A stretch of 49,299 nt of DNA, from NCBI GenBank assembly GCA_034433965.1, contig DAOTZZ010000053.1, forward strand, positions 1 through 49,299, given 5' to 3'. Of the stretch, positions 17,706 to 26,873 are shown one piece after another. The notes under the pieces are model-generated. The model made no database searches. It saw nothing but the letters and a program-made list of their open reading frames with translations, and was not told the DNA's origin. The position numbers were made by a program, and so were the translations under genes. The DNA comes from Anaerolineae bacterium. Lineage in GTDB: Bacteria; Chloroflexota; Anaerolineae; Aggregatilineales; Aggregatilineaceae. How positions within the stretch are numbered: the first letter of the stretch is position 1; each line of letters starts with the position of its first letter.

Positions 17706-18488
17706 ATGAACGCAATCGAACGTCAGAAGATCATCTTGCAGATCATCGCCGAGCAGGGCGCGGTGACGGTCGCCGAGCTATGTGAGCGCTTCGGCGTCTC
17801 GGATATGACCATCCGGCGCGACCTCTCCACCCTGGAGCGCGCCAGCCTGCTGCGGCGGATTCACGGCGGGGCGGTCAGCGCGCGGGGGCGCAGTTACGAG
17901 CCGCCCGTGTTGACGCGCGTGCACGAAGCCCCCGAAGCCAAGCGCGCCATCGGCAAACTGGCCGCTACGCTGGTGCACGAAGGCGACAGTATCGCCCTGG
18001 ACATCGGCACGACGACGCTGGAACTGGCCCGCAACCTCACCCGCCTGCAAGACATCACCGTGCTGACCAACAGCCTGCCCATCGCCAACCTGCTCACCGA
18101 TCAGCCCGGCATTCGTCTGATGCTGTGCGGCGGGATCGTGCGCCCTGGCGAGCGCTCGCTGATCGGGCCAGTGGCGGAGTACACTTTCAGTCAGTTCTAT
18201 GTGGACAAGGCGTTCATTGGCATCGGCGGGGTAGACCTGGAAGCGGGCCTGACCGAGTACAATACCGACGACGCCGAAGTCAAACGGCACATGATCCACA
18301 ATGCGCAGCGCTGCATCTTGCTGACCGACAGCCGCAAGTTCGGGCTGAAGACGTTCGCCAGCGTCGCGCCGCTGTCGGTGGTGGACGATATTGTCACCGA
18401 CGATGGTCTGAAACCGGAGTTTCGCGAAGCCCTGGAGCGAGAGGGGATCGTCGTGCATATCGCCTCTGTCGCCCGCAATGCGCCCTAG
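17706..18488 (+). CDS. DeoR-family transcriptional regulator
   Basis: N-terminal HTH VTVAELCERFGVSDMTIRRDLSTLE, followed by a DeoR C-terminal sensor-like domain. Confidence 0.9.
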   Translation: MNAIERQKIILQIIAEQGAVTVAELCERFGVSDMTIRRDLSTLERASLLRRIHGGAVSARGRSYEPPVLTRVHEAPEAKRAIGKLAATLVHEGDSIALDIGTTTLELARNLTRLQDITVLTNSLPIANLLTDQPGIRLMLCGGIVRPGERSLIGPVAEYTFSQFYVDKAFIGIGGVDLEAGLTEYNTDDAEVKRHMIHNAQRCILLTDSRKFGLKTFASVAPLSVVDDIVTDDGLKPEFREALEREGIVVHIASVARNAP

Positions 18489-18520
18489 CCCATACTCACC
18501 GGAGAAACCTCCACACGCCT

Positions 18521-19327
18521 ATGATCAGCAAAACCCTTTTAGTCATCTTCGACGGTTGCCGGCCCGATGCCCTGGCGCTGGCCCACACACCACATGTTGA
18601 CCGGCTCTGGCAGCAGGGAGCTTATACCTGGGATGCGCAATCAGTCGTGCCCAGCTACACCCTGCCCGCCCACATGTCCATGTTCCGCGGTGTGACGCCC
18701 GAACGGCACGGCGTGACCGACAACAACTTTCAGCCTTCGGCAGTGGACTTCCCCAGCTTCGTTGACATCGCGCATCAGCACCGACGGCAGACGGCCATGT
18801 TTTACAGTTGGGAGCAACTGCGCGACCTGTCGGCGCACGGCAGCCTGACCGTCAGCTATTGCCGCGACGGGGCTGTGACGCCGGACGCCGATCAGATCGT
18901 CGCCGCCCAGGCCGCCGATCTGCTGATCCGCGAGCGCCCCGATCTGGTGGTGGTGTACCTGGCCGAGTCCGACCTGGTGGGGCACGCCGCTGGTTGGATG
19001 TCGGCGGCTTATCTGCAGGCCATCGAGCGCATGGATCAGGCGTTGGGGCTGCTGCTGGCGACGCTCGACGAGGCCAATTTGCGCGACGAGTACACGGTGA
19101 TCTTTCTCTCCGATCACGGCGGACACGAACATACACATGGCACCGCTTCGCCCGAAGACCTGACCATCCCCTGGATCATCAGCGGCCCGGCGATCAAAGC
19201 GGGGCACGCTCTGACGACGCCAGTGCGCATCTACGACACCGCCGCCACCATCGCCCACCTGCTGGGCGTCCCCCGCCCCGACGTGTGGGAAGGGCAACCC
19301 ATCTGGGAGGCATTCGACCGTGACTAG
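18521..19327 (+). CDS. alkaline-phosphatase-superfamily phosphodiesterase/pyrophosphatase-like enzyme (short type)
   Basis: ORF 18125..19327 trimmed to ATG 18521 (MISKTLLVIFDGCRPD). Metal-ligand and nucleophile motifs: DGCRPD, PSYTLPAH, DLVGHAAG, SDHGGHEHTHG. Confidence 0.75.
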   Translation: MISKTLLVIFDGCRPDALALAHTPHVDRLWQQGAYTWDAQSVVPSYTLPAHMSMFRGVTPERHGVTDNNFQPSAVDFPSFVDIAHQHRRQTAMFYSWEQLRDLSAHGSLTVSYCRDGAVTPDADQIVAAQAADLLIRERPDLVVVYLAESDLVGHAAGWMSAAYLQAIERMDQALGLLLATLDEANLRDEYTVIFLSDHGGHEHTHGTASPEDLTIPWIISGPAIKAGHALTTPVRIYDTAATIAHLLGVPRPDVWEGQPIWEAFDRD

Positions 19328-20585
19328 GCTCCTGGCGTGGCGGCAACGGCTGCCCGCCGAACAAGCCCTGCTGATCATCGGCCTGGGTGTGGCGGTGTCG
19401 CTGCTGGGCGATCTGACGCTCTATGTGGTGTTGCCCACCCATACTGAAGACGCGGGGATTGCCCTGGCGAACGTCGGCCTGATGCTCTCCGCCAACCGCT
19501 TGATTCGCATCGTCCTCAACGGGCCGCTGGGCGTGCTGATCGAGCGTATTCCCCGGCGGCGCATCGCTGTCCCGGCGCTGTTCTGCGGCGCGCTCTCGTC
19601 GCTGCTCTACACTGTGCCGGGCTTCTGGCCGCTGTTGATCGGGCGGCTGTTATGGGGCATTTCGTGGGCGGGCATCTGGCTCAGCGCCAGCACCATGGCG
19701 CTCGATCTCTCCACCTTCGCCAATCGGGGACGTTTCGTCGGGCGTCTGCAGATGTGGTTCTTTATCGGCTCAGGGGGCGCGTCGCTGGCCGGAGGAGTGC
19801 TCACCGACTGGTTGGGCTACAGCGCGGCGCTGCGCGTCTGCTCGCTGATCGCGCTGGCAGCGGCGGTCGGCTGGTGGTTAGCGCTGCCGGAGACCCAACC
19901 GGCGCGTACCCCCGCCAGGGCTAGCGGCTCCCAGACCCTGCCGGGCACACCTGTGCCTCCGCCCAACAGGCTGTTGCCGCTGGCGATGGCCATCGCCTTG
20001 CTGGGCGTCAACTGGCTGATCTTCATCGGCATTCTCGGCGCGGTGTTGCCCTTGCTGCTCGAAGAGCGCATCGGCGAGACTGTGCAGATAGCCGGGACGA
20101 TCATCTACCTGTCCACCTTCACCGGCGCGATGGCCGCCGCCAGCCAGGTGCTCAGTCTGGTGGCGTCGCCCCTGGCGGGGTGGCTTTCTGACCTCAGTGG
20201 CGATCGCTGGCGATTGGTGATCGGCGCGCTGATCCTGGGCGTGGCTGCCATGGCGCTCACGGCAGGCGGGACGGGCGCAGTGGTCGTGACAGCGATCATG
20301 CTCGGCGCGATCGCCACCAGTGTGCTGCAAACACAGGTGATGACGCTGGTCGGCGACTATGGCGGGGATAACAATCGGGGGCGCATCCTGGGCATCATCA
20401 ATACGGTGGGCGACGTAGGCAGCGCCGCCGGCCCGTTGATCGCCTATGCGCTGCTGCCGCTGGTACATATCGGCGGGTTGTTCTGGCTGGCAACCGCTAT
20501 CCTGGGCGCAGCCCTGCCCGGCGCCTGGTGGGTTGCCCGGCAGGAAGCGCAGCGCCTGCGCCCGGCCCATACGCCGCCGGTGTAG
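19320..20585 (+). CDS. MFS transporter
   Basis: About 12 hydrophobic segments with an MFS loop motif (ERIPRRR). The GTG start overlaps the upstream stop by 8 nt. Confidence 0.85.
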   Translation: MTRLLAWRQRLPAEQALLIIGLGVAVSLLGDLTLYVVLPTHTEDAGIALANVGLMLSANRLIRIVLNGPLGVLIERIPRRRIAVPALFCGALSSLLYTVPGFWPLLIGRLLWGISWAGIWLSASTMALDLSTFANRGRFVGRLQMWFFIGSGGASLAGGVLTDWLGYSAALRVCSLIALAAAVGWWLALPETQPARTPARASGSQTLPGTPVPPPNRLLPLAMAIALLGVNWLIFIGILGAVLPLLLEERIGETVQIAGTIIYLSTFTGAMAAASQVLSLVASPLAGWLSDLSGDRWRLVIGALILGVAAMALTAGGTGAVVVTAIMLGAIATSVLQTQVMTLVGDYGGDNNRGRILGIINTVGDVGSAAGPLIAYALLPLVHIGGLFWLATAILGAALPGAWWVARQEAQRLRPAHTPPV

Positions 20586-20613
20586 GGGTTTCATCGCAGA
20601 GGCGCGGAGACTT

Positions 20614-20715
20614 CAGAGCGCGTTATGCTTTTCTCTCGCCTTCAATCCCCTGTCCCCTGTGAGACCGTTAGGTTGTAGGGGCGGGCTTCGAAACCCGTCC
20701 CTACCGGTTTGCTTT
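20614..20715 (-). repeat. composite intergenic repeat: 3' module of the 40975/44119 element family plus a GTAGGGGCGGGCTTCGAAACCCGTCCCTAC hairpin
   Basis: AGAGCGCGTTATGCTTTTCTCTCGCC matches the left ends of the elements at 40975 and 44119. A 30-nt hairpin lies at 20675-20704. The repeat abuts the stop codon of the FmdE-like gene. Confidence 0.6.
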
Positions 20716-21336
20716 TCACGCCAGGGGATCGTAGTAACGATCTCCGGCGCAGGCGCGGCACAGCACCGTGCCCTCGTGTACGACCTCGCGCTCGTTGATG
20801 ATCTCCTCGCCGCAGGTCTCGCAGGTCACGCGCCGCCCCGGTTTGCTCAGCAGCGCTTCCAGCGACACGCGCAATGTCACCGGCTGAGCGATCAGCAACT
20901 CCTCGTCGGGCATGATCTGGTAGGCGAGCAACTGAGCCTGCCAGCGACTGCGCGCATCTGGCGCGTAGGCAGAGGCCAGCGCTCGACTGTGCGGGCTGGG
21001 GACGATGCGGAAGGCGCGTTCTGTCTGCGAGTCCACCAGCGTCACGGCTACCTTGCCGTAGTCTATCACGCGCAGTGTGCGGTGCCCGACGGTGCAGCCA
21101 GTCGCCACGGCGACGCCATCGGCAGCGCAACCGTCCGTCTCTACGAAGGCCAGCAGCCGCTTGCCAGTCTGCGGCACGTCCAGCCCCAGCAAGCGCCCGC
21201 CCAGCAGTCCCATGCGCACACCGAGCACCTGGCGCGGGCAGAGATGGGCGTGTAGCGCCGCGCACTGTTCCAGCAGGGCAGGCAGACGCCTGTCGGCCAG
21301 GCGCGACGTGGGGGCGAACAGAGTATCGGTCACCAA
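20716..21336 (-). CDS. FmdE/FwdE-family protein with C-terminal zinc ribbon
   Basis: HLCPRQVLGVRMG-type FmdE motif. C-terminal CETCGEE...CRAC. TTG start at 21336 preceded by AAGGAG. It begins 11 nt after the Rieske stop. Confidence 0.7.
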   Translation of the reverse strand: MVTDTLFAPTSRLADRRLPALLEQCAALHAHLCPRQVLGVRMGLLGGRLLGLDVPQTGKRLLAFVETDGCAADGVAVATGCTVGHRTLRVIDYGKVAVTLVDSQTERAFRIVPSPHSRALASAYAPDARSRWQAQLLAYQIMPDEELLIAQPVTLRVSLEALLSKPGRRVTCETCGEEIINEREVVHEGTVLCRACAGDRYYDPLA

Positions 21337-21347
21337 GATATGCTCCT

Positions 21348-21809
21348 TCAGGCGATCAGCCGGTCGTCGGGGTGTGTCTCGCGGTCGCGGTGAATGACCA
21401 GCGCGCCCGTCGCGTCCAGTTCCACCACCAGGTAGCGCAGGCCGCGCGGCGCTGGCCCGCTGAGCCGTTCACCCTGGGCGTCGTAGCGGCTGTTGTGACA
21501 GGGACACTCGAAACCAAGCAGTGGCGCGCTTTGCCCGTCGCCGACGGCGCGCACCAGGCAGCCCAGGTGTGAACAGACCGCGTCCAGGGCATAGAAACCG
21601 AGTTCGTCGCGCACCAGATAGGCGCGCGCCTCGCGCACGAAGGTCACGCCGGGCGCGGCGTAGTCTTCCGGACGCCCGGCGGTTGCGGCTTCGGGTGGCT
21701 GCGGCTGCGACGAGTGCGCCACCATCTGAGCAGCTTCGCCCGCGGCCAGCGCTCCTGTCGCGGCCAGCAACGCTTTGCGCAGTCCCCCGAACAGTTCGCG
21801 GCGGCTCAT
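21348..21809 (-). CDS. Rieske [2Fe-2S] protein with Tat signal (Rieske/cyt b complex subunit)
   Basis: Box I CSHLGC and box II CPCHNS. Tat-like MSRRELFGGLRKALLAATGALAAG. Start is ambiguous: 21809 chosen, and the 21851/21935 alternatives overlap the upstream gene. Confidence 0.8.
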   Translation of the reverse strand: MSRRELFGGLRKALLAATGALAAGEAAQMVAHSSQPQPPEAATAGRPEDYAAPGVTFVREARAYLVRDELGFYALDAVCSHLGCLVRAVGDGQSAPLLGFECPCHNSRYDAQGERLSGPAPRGLRYLVVELDATGALVIHRDRETHPDDRLIA

Positions 21810-21837
21810 CGGTTCCACGTCCGTATCTCCTGGCAAC

Positions 21838-23190
21838 TCAGTCTCGTTCATAGGCATGGCACTCATGGCAATAGCGGCTCTCCTGCTGATCGGGGCGCTG
21901 CTGGCACGCCGATCCCAGCACCAGGGGCACGTCATAGCGCTGCCCAGTGGCTTTCATGGTCAGTTCCAGCCGGTCACCGCGCCAGACGACGTGTGGCAAC
22001 GGCTCGCCCAGGCTGGTCATCAAGATAGTATCGCCGACCTGCAGGTCGAGGTAGGGGTTGAGGAAAGCCAGCCGCAGCGCCAGATCGTCCGGGTCGGTGA
22101 TGGTATAGGCGAGCGGGGGGGCGTCGAGCGTCCCGTGACAGGTGCGGCACTCGGTGTAGCGGGCGTCGCGCTGATTGCTGTAGAGATAGCCGTCGCCCAT
22201 CGTTTCGCGCCGCGTGTGGCAGTCCACGCAATCCAGTTCCCACTCGCACAGGGTGAATTGCCCGATCGGTTGGTAGTATTCGTGTACGCGCCGCTCGATG
22301 GCGTTCAGGTAGTCTGGCGCGGGGATGTCCGTCCGCGGCACGAAGGTCATGGTCGGCAACTCGTAATTGCCGCGGTTGTGGCAATGGTTACACTGCGTAT
22401 AGGGGATGGCCGTGGTCAGTTCGTGACGGCGCATATGCCCCGGTTCGTCGCGCGGCAGGGTGGGATCGCCGCCCTTGTACAGCCCGTCGTTGTCATAGAG
22501 CACATGGCACGCCGAGCAACCCGTCGCGCGGTAGAAATAGGGGGCCTGGATCGCCTCGGCGCTCAGGTGACAGGTCAGGCAATTCGCGGCGAACTGCTGT
22601 ACCAGCGGCGGCGCATCCGGCGCGGGAGCGAAAGCGGCCAGCGCCTCCACCACCGGGCGACCGCCATTGTCTGGCGGACCCTCGTAGCTCTGCACGGCAT
22701 GTATCCCAAAGCGGGCTACGTCGTCGGGCTGCACACCAAAAGCGCGCAGCACATAGGCGATCGCGCCGGCATAGGTCGCCTGGATGCTGCGCTCGACGCG
22801 CGGCAGATGATCGCGGTGATCGGCGGGCGCGCCGCTGTGACAGGCGCTGCCGCCGCAGGTCTGCGCGGCCACAGCGAGATCGCCGGGGTTGCGGATCAGG
22901 CCAGTATGCGCCAGGTCAGCGTCCAGGGCGACCCCCACCCCGCCGTGACAGGCGACGCAGCCCACCACCTCGACCGGATGCGAAGGGCTGATCTCCTCGA
23001 TACCCCAGTGACAGGTCAGGCATAACTCGCGCTGACCGGTCAGGCTAGGCACGACGGCACGCACCTGCGGCGCATCCTGGTAACGCCGCCAGGGGGCGGA
23101 GCGTTCGCGCAGCCAGGCTCCCACGACAACCAGCAGCAGCCCCGCCGCCGCCAGCAGCGGCCAGAGTTCCGTGCGCGTCGGTCGCCTCAT
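21838..23190 (-). CDS. membrane-anchored multihaem c-type cytochrome (8 CXXCH + 1 CX4CH)
   Basis: ORF 21838..23949 trimmed to ATG 23190 (MRRPTRTELWPLLAAAGLLLVVVGAW), which overlaps the cyt b stop as ATGA. Haem motifs: CLTCH, CVACH, CGGSACH, CLTCH, CSACH, CNHCH, CVDCH, CRTCH, CHECH. Confidence 0.85.
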   Translation of the reverse strand: MRRPTRTELWPLLAAAGLLLVVVGAWLRERSAPWRRYQDAPQVRAVVPSLTGQRELCLTCHWGIEEISPSHPVEVVGCVACHGGVGVALDADLAHTGLIRNPGDLAVAAQTCGGSACHSGAPADHRDHLPRVERSIQATYAGAIAYVLRAFGVQPDDVARFGIHAVQSYEGPPDNGGRPVVEALAAFAPAPDAPPLVQQFAANCLTCHLSAEAIQAPYFYRATGCSACHVLYDNDGLYKGGDPTLPRDEPGHMRRHELTTAIPYTQCNHCHNRGNYELPTMTFVPRTDIPAPDYLNAIERRVHEYYQPIGQFTLCEWELDCVDCHTRRETMGDGYLYSNQRDARYTECRTCHGTLDAPPLAYTITDPDDLALRLAFLNPYLDLQVGDTILMTSLGEPLPHVVWRGDRLELTMKATGQRYDVPLVLGSACQQRPDQQESRYCHECHAYERD

Positions 23191-24203
23191 CGCAGCGCTC
23201 CTCGCACCGTGAGCGCGACCACGGCCAGCAGCACGGCGACGAAGACGATCTGCGCCCGCCGTCCTGCTGTGTTGAACCAGTGCCCTTCGCCTTCTGTCGC
23301 CCGATCCAGGGCGTAGGGCAGGGCAGCCAGCACAGCGAGCACAAGCAGCGGCGCGATCACGCCGGCCAGCAGGGGACTGGCGAAGCGCAGCGCTTCCTGT
23401 ACGCCCAGGAAGAACCAGGGAGCGGCGCTTTCGTGCGTGGGGGGCGAGGTGAGATCGGCGGGCGGGGCCAGCGGAGCATCCCACAGCAGGCTGCTGAGGC
23501 CCAGCGCGGCCAGGACGATCAGCGTCGCCAGCCCTTCGACGCGCACCAGCGCCCGCCGCGGCAGACGTGGCGCGTGCGCGGCATGGCTGATCCCGCCGTC
23601 GCGCCGGACGCGCCAGATGTGCCACACGCCCAGAAAAAGCAGGGCGATCGTCAGCCCGGCGATGTGCCAGCCGTAGAAGCGGACAGGGGTGGCCGCGCCA
23701 ACCGCCTCGCCGCCCACGACTAGCCGGTAGAGTGTCTCGCCTGCCAGCGGCACTTCGCGCAGCAGGTTGGTGCCCACCAGCAATGCCCAGCTCACGTCGG
23801 CGTCCCAGCGCAGCACCAGACCGGTGAAGTCCAGCAGAATTACCAGGACGAGCAGCCCCAGGCCGATCAACCAGTTGGCACGGCGACGCTTGTAGCCGCC
23901 GGTGAAGACGACGCGGGCCATGTGCAGTGTGGCGGTGATCACCAGCCATTGCCCGGCCCAGTAGTGCAGATTGCGCACGAACCAGCCGAAGGGCGCTTCG
24001 AAGGTGATTTCGGCGACGGAGCTATAGGCGCGCGCCAGCGACGGCTCGTAGAGGAACATCAGCAGCGCGCCCGTCACCAGCAACACCAGCACCAGCAACA
24101 CGCTGATCCCGCCCAGCCCGAAGGTATAGGTGAACGAAGCCGAGCGGGCGGGAATCGTCGCCGGGTGCAGGTGTTCGAAGAAGTTGGCGCGGGAGTCACC
24201 CAT
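23187..24203 (-). CDS. cytochrome b (b6-like N-terminal domain fused to subunit-IV-like C-terminal domain)
   Basis: The helix-B His pair is spaced 13 (NLHYWAGQWLVITATLHM). The helix-D His pair is spaced 14 (WHIAGLTIALLFLGVWH). The Qo-site PEWY-equivalent reads APWF in PWFFLGVQE. Confidence 0.85.
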   Translation of the reverse strand: MGDSRANFFEHLHPATIPARSASFTYTFGLGGISVLLVLVLLVTGALLMFLYEPSLARAYSSVAEITFEAPFGWFVRNLHYWAGQWLVITATLHMARVVFTGGYKRRRANWLIGLGLLVLVILLDFTGLVLRWDADVSWALLVGTNLLREVPLAGETLYRLVVGGEAVGAATPVRFYGWHIAGLTIALLFLGVWHIWRVRRDGGISHAAHAPRLPRRALVRVEGLATLIVLAALGLSSLLWDAPLAPPADLTSPPTHESAAPWFFLGVQEALRFASPLLAGVIAPLLVLAVLAALPYALDRATEGEGHWFNTAGRRAQIVFVAVLLAVVALTVRGALR

Positions 24204-24577
24204 TGGCTCTTGCGACGCTCAGCGATTGGCGATCGGTGTGTGCAATCTTGCCCTGTTTTCCGTGCAGATAGGCTTGTGCCAGCCCGCCGCTATATGGAGC
24301 GGCAAGGCTGAGATGGCGCACAGACGAAAGCAGGCACGAAAGATTGTAGCAGAGTTGGGGGCAACCGGTGATCCCTGGCTGTGCTTGGCGAGATTCACCG
24401 CCGAGACGGCTGCTCTGCCTTGCTTTGCTTCACCCCCAGCCCTGTTTCCTCTCCATGTTGCAGACTAACAAGTTAGCGCGGATACCAGCGGCGGGTTGGC
24501 CCCCTCGTTGAGCGTTCAGGGGCGTATTGCAATATCCCCTACCTCGACCTTCGCCGCGACAATGTGCCGTGCCCGGC

Positions 24578-24610
24578 AATACACAAAGAGAGCGCCACCC
24601 ACGGCGCTCC
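24578..24610 (-). terminator. candidate intrinsic terminator of the DUF4012 gene
   Basis: On the minus strand, GAGCGCC-GTGGGT-GGCGCTC is followed by CTTTGTGTATT. The hairpin lies about 50 nt past the stop at 24656. Confidence 0.5.
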
Positions 24611-24655
24611 GCAATCCCAGGCTACCATATCCCCTCGTGCTGCTACAGGGCGCCA

Positions 24656-26686
24656 TCAGCGCGTATAGACCACCTCGATTGTCCGGTCGGAGGTCAGCGT
24701 CAGGCGGAACTCCAGTACCGGCTGATCCAGGCTATAGCTGGCGGCGGGCTGCGGGTCGGTGTAGACCGTGCGCGCGCCCGCGGGCAGGGTGATCTGCACG
24801 TTGAGCGGCTCGGCCAGCGTGCCCGCCTGTTTCTGTGCCAGCAACTTGTAGCGATAGTAAGGGCCTTCCTGGATCACCAGGGGAGGCGTGCGGTAGAGAA
24901 ACTGATAGCGCTCGCTGTGATTGTAGTCCACGGCGGCCCGCGCCACGAACGCGGTATGCGCCTCCCATGGCACGACGACCGGTTGCTGAGGCAGGTTGCT
25001 GGTCTCGTTGAGCGTGCTCTGGGCGGGCACGAAGACCTGTACCAGGCTGCGATAGTCCAGGTCGCCGTGCGCTGGAGCGACGGCGGGGTCGTTTTCGGCC
25101 ACCCGTTCCGAGTAATCGTAGGCGATGGCCAGACGACTGCTCAGCGAGCCGTCGTCCTGGATCGTCACGTCGTAAGTGAACTGCCGCAGCACCGAACGGT
25201 TGGCCTTGTTGCCCAGGTTGGCTTCGGCTACCAGCAGATAGTCGTGATCCTGAGCGGGTTTCTGGTCGCCCAGCCAGCCCAGCACGCGCATCGCCTCGTT
25301 GAGACCCTCGTCGGTGAAGTAGAGCATGATGTGCTTTTCCAGCAGCGCTTTGAGCAACGCGCCGCGCAGTTGCACACTTTTTTCCTGATCCACCCGCTGC
25401 CAGTTGTCGAAAATCTGGCGGTAGACGGCGGCCACGAATTCCTTGTGTTCGCCTTCGCTGGCTGCGCGAATGGTGTAGACCGTCTCGCGGAAGTTGGCGC
25501 TGTTGACGGTGATGCCGTAGTCGGGCACGTAGACGCTGCCCAATTCGGCCAGGATGTACTCAAACGCCACCAGGTCAATGCCGATCACGCCGTCTACCGG
25601 GCTGTGCGGATTGCCGCCGTTGTCATAGAACCAGGCGGCCATGCGCGCCGTAGTGGGGAAGTCTGGCGACCAGCTCGAATCCCAGGCGGCGTAGATGGGC
25701 TGCTGATAGGGAATCCACCACTCTGGAATCTGTACCTGATCAGCCATGGTCAGCGGCGGCGGGTTGGGGCTGTTGGGCGTGGTGGCGCGATAGTCATAGT
25801 CCATCACGCGCCCGTTGCGCACGGTCATCCAGCCGTAGGTGCTCAGATAGCCGCCCGCAGGGCGCAGCTCGTCGTTGTTCTGGGCCAGGATCAGGTAGGT
25901 TTGTGTCTCCTCCAGGCCCAGGGCGGCGGTCAGCAACTCCGGCGAACGGAGCAACACGCGGTCCATGTCGGTGAGCAGTTGATAGGTGCTTTCCAGGCCA
26001 TCTACCGTAGCCAGCAGGCCGGGCGAGACCTTGGTGGGGTCAAGGCGCTCGATGATGGCTTTGGCCGCGTCCAGATGTTGTCCGGCGCGGGTGAAGCGTC
26101 CCCGACCCAGGCTCAGTAACTCCACCACGCGCTCGCCGGACGAGAATTGTGTGGCGACGCGCTCCTCTTCTTCGCCCTGCGTCAGGAAGAACAACGCCGG
26201 TTGCAGGCCGGTGAGCAGGTTATCGGCGGCCAGGGTGAGTTCCTGGGCCGCGTCGAGCATGTTGAAGGTCGTTTGCAGATCGCCGTTCAGGCGGGTAAAG
26301 GGGCGCAGGAAGAGCGTTTGACGGCGGGCGCTGCTCAGGCTGGCGTTCAGATCGCGCACGCCTGCCTGCAAGTGCTCGAAGTCGGAGAGCGTCAGGTCAG
26401 CGCCAGACTTGCGGCCTACGGTCGTCCAGATGCGATCCAGGCTCTCCCACGAGTTTTCGACCTGCGTGCGGGCGTTCATGGCGAGAATGAGCGCTCCCAT
26501 GACGATCGCCGCCGGAATGGTGATCGCCATCAGCAGCAGCACACGCCAGTTGTAACGCCCCAGCCGCCGCGTCAACTTGCGATACCAGCGTCGCTTGGTG
26601 CGCCGACGTCGGCGCCGCTTTTCGCGAAAGAGTTCTTCGGGCGCATCCAGCGGCTTGGGCAGCGTGGGAGTTTCCAGATCGGGCAT
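24656..26686 (-). CDS. DUF4012 domain-containing membrane-anchored extracytoplasmic protein
   Basis: ORF trimmed to ATG 26686 (MPDLETPTLP...). Arg-rich cytoplasmic N-terminus, one TM helix, and the signature NNDELRPAGGYLSTYG that I associate with DUF4012. Confidence 0.7.
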   Translation of the reverse strand: MPDLETPTLPKPLDAPEELFREKRRRRRRTKRRWYRKLTRRLGRYNWRVLLLMAITIPAAIVMGALILAMNARTQVENSWESLDRIWTTVGRKSGADLTLSDFEHLQAGVRDLNASLSSARRQTLFLRPFTRLNGDLQTTFNMLDAAQELTLAADNLLTGLQPALFFLTQGEEEERVATQFSSGERVVELLSLGRGRFTRAGQHLDAAKAIIERLDPTKVSPGLLATVDGLESTYQLLTDMDRVLLRSPELLTAALGLEETQTYLILAQNNDELRPAGGYLSTYGWMTVRNGRVMDYDYRATTPNSPNPPPLTMADQVQIPEWWIPYQQPIYAAWDSSWSPDFPTTARMAAWFYDNGGNPHSPVDGVIGIDLVAFEYILAELGSVYVPDYGITVNSANFRETVYTIRAASEGEHKEFVAAVYRQIFDNWQRVDQEKSVQLRGALLKALLEKHIMLYFTDEGLNEAMRVLGWLGDQKPAQDHDYLLVAEANLGNKANRSVLRQFTYDVTIQDDGSLSSRLAIAYDYSERVAENDPAVAPAHGDLDYRSLVQVFVPAQSTLNETSNLPQQPVVVPWEAHTAFVARAAVDYNHSERYQFLYRTPPLVIQEGPYYRYKLLAQKQAGTLAEPLNVQITLPAGARTVYTDPQPAASYSLDQPVLEFRLTLTSDRTIEVVYTR

Positions 26687-26873
26687 CGAGCCAGTCCCTC
26701 GATTCACAACAACACACCCCAGATAACCATTGCTGTCAGCGACGCAGCTACAATAACCAGAATCGGCGCAAAAGCAAAATGGGGCGGGCCAAGCGGGGGG
26801 AAAACCGCCCGGCTCATTTGTGAAGGTTTTGTGAAAGGCGTATAAGAGCACCAGTATGTTGGACAAAAGGTAG

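Noticed and set aside
16487-17707. 406-aa ORF antisense to the amidotransferase-like gene
   Set aside because: The sense gene has catalytic motifs and a good SD. The antisense ORF has low-complexity composition and would run across the divergent promoter region.
21810-21935. Longer Rieske start at 21935 (or 21851)
   Set aside because: The 21935 start would overlap the end of the multihaem cytochrome gene by up to 98 nt and would place about 40 residues ahead of the Tat motif. MSRRELF at 21809 is a classic Tat-signal N-terminus. The choice remains uncertain because the SD is about 17 nt away.
24527-26119. 530-aa ORF antisense to the DUF4012 gene
   Set aside because: Same reasoning: the sense frame carries the family signature and a TM anchor, and the antisense frame is low-complexity.
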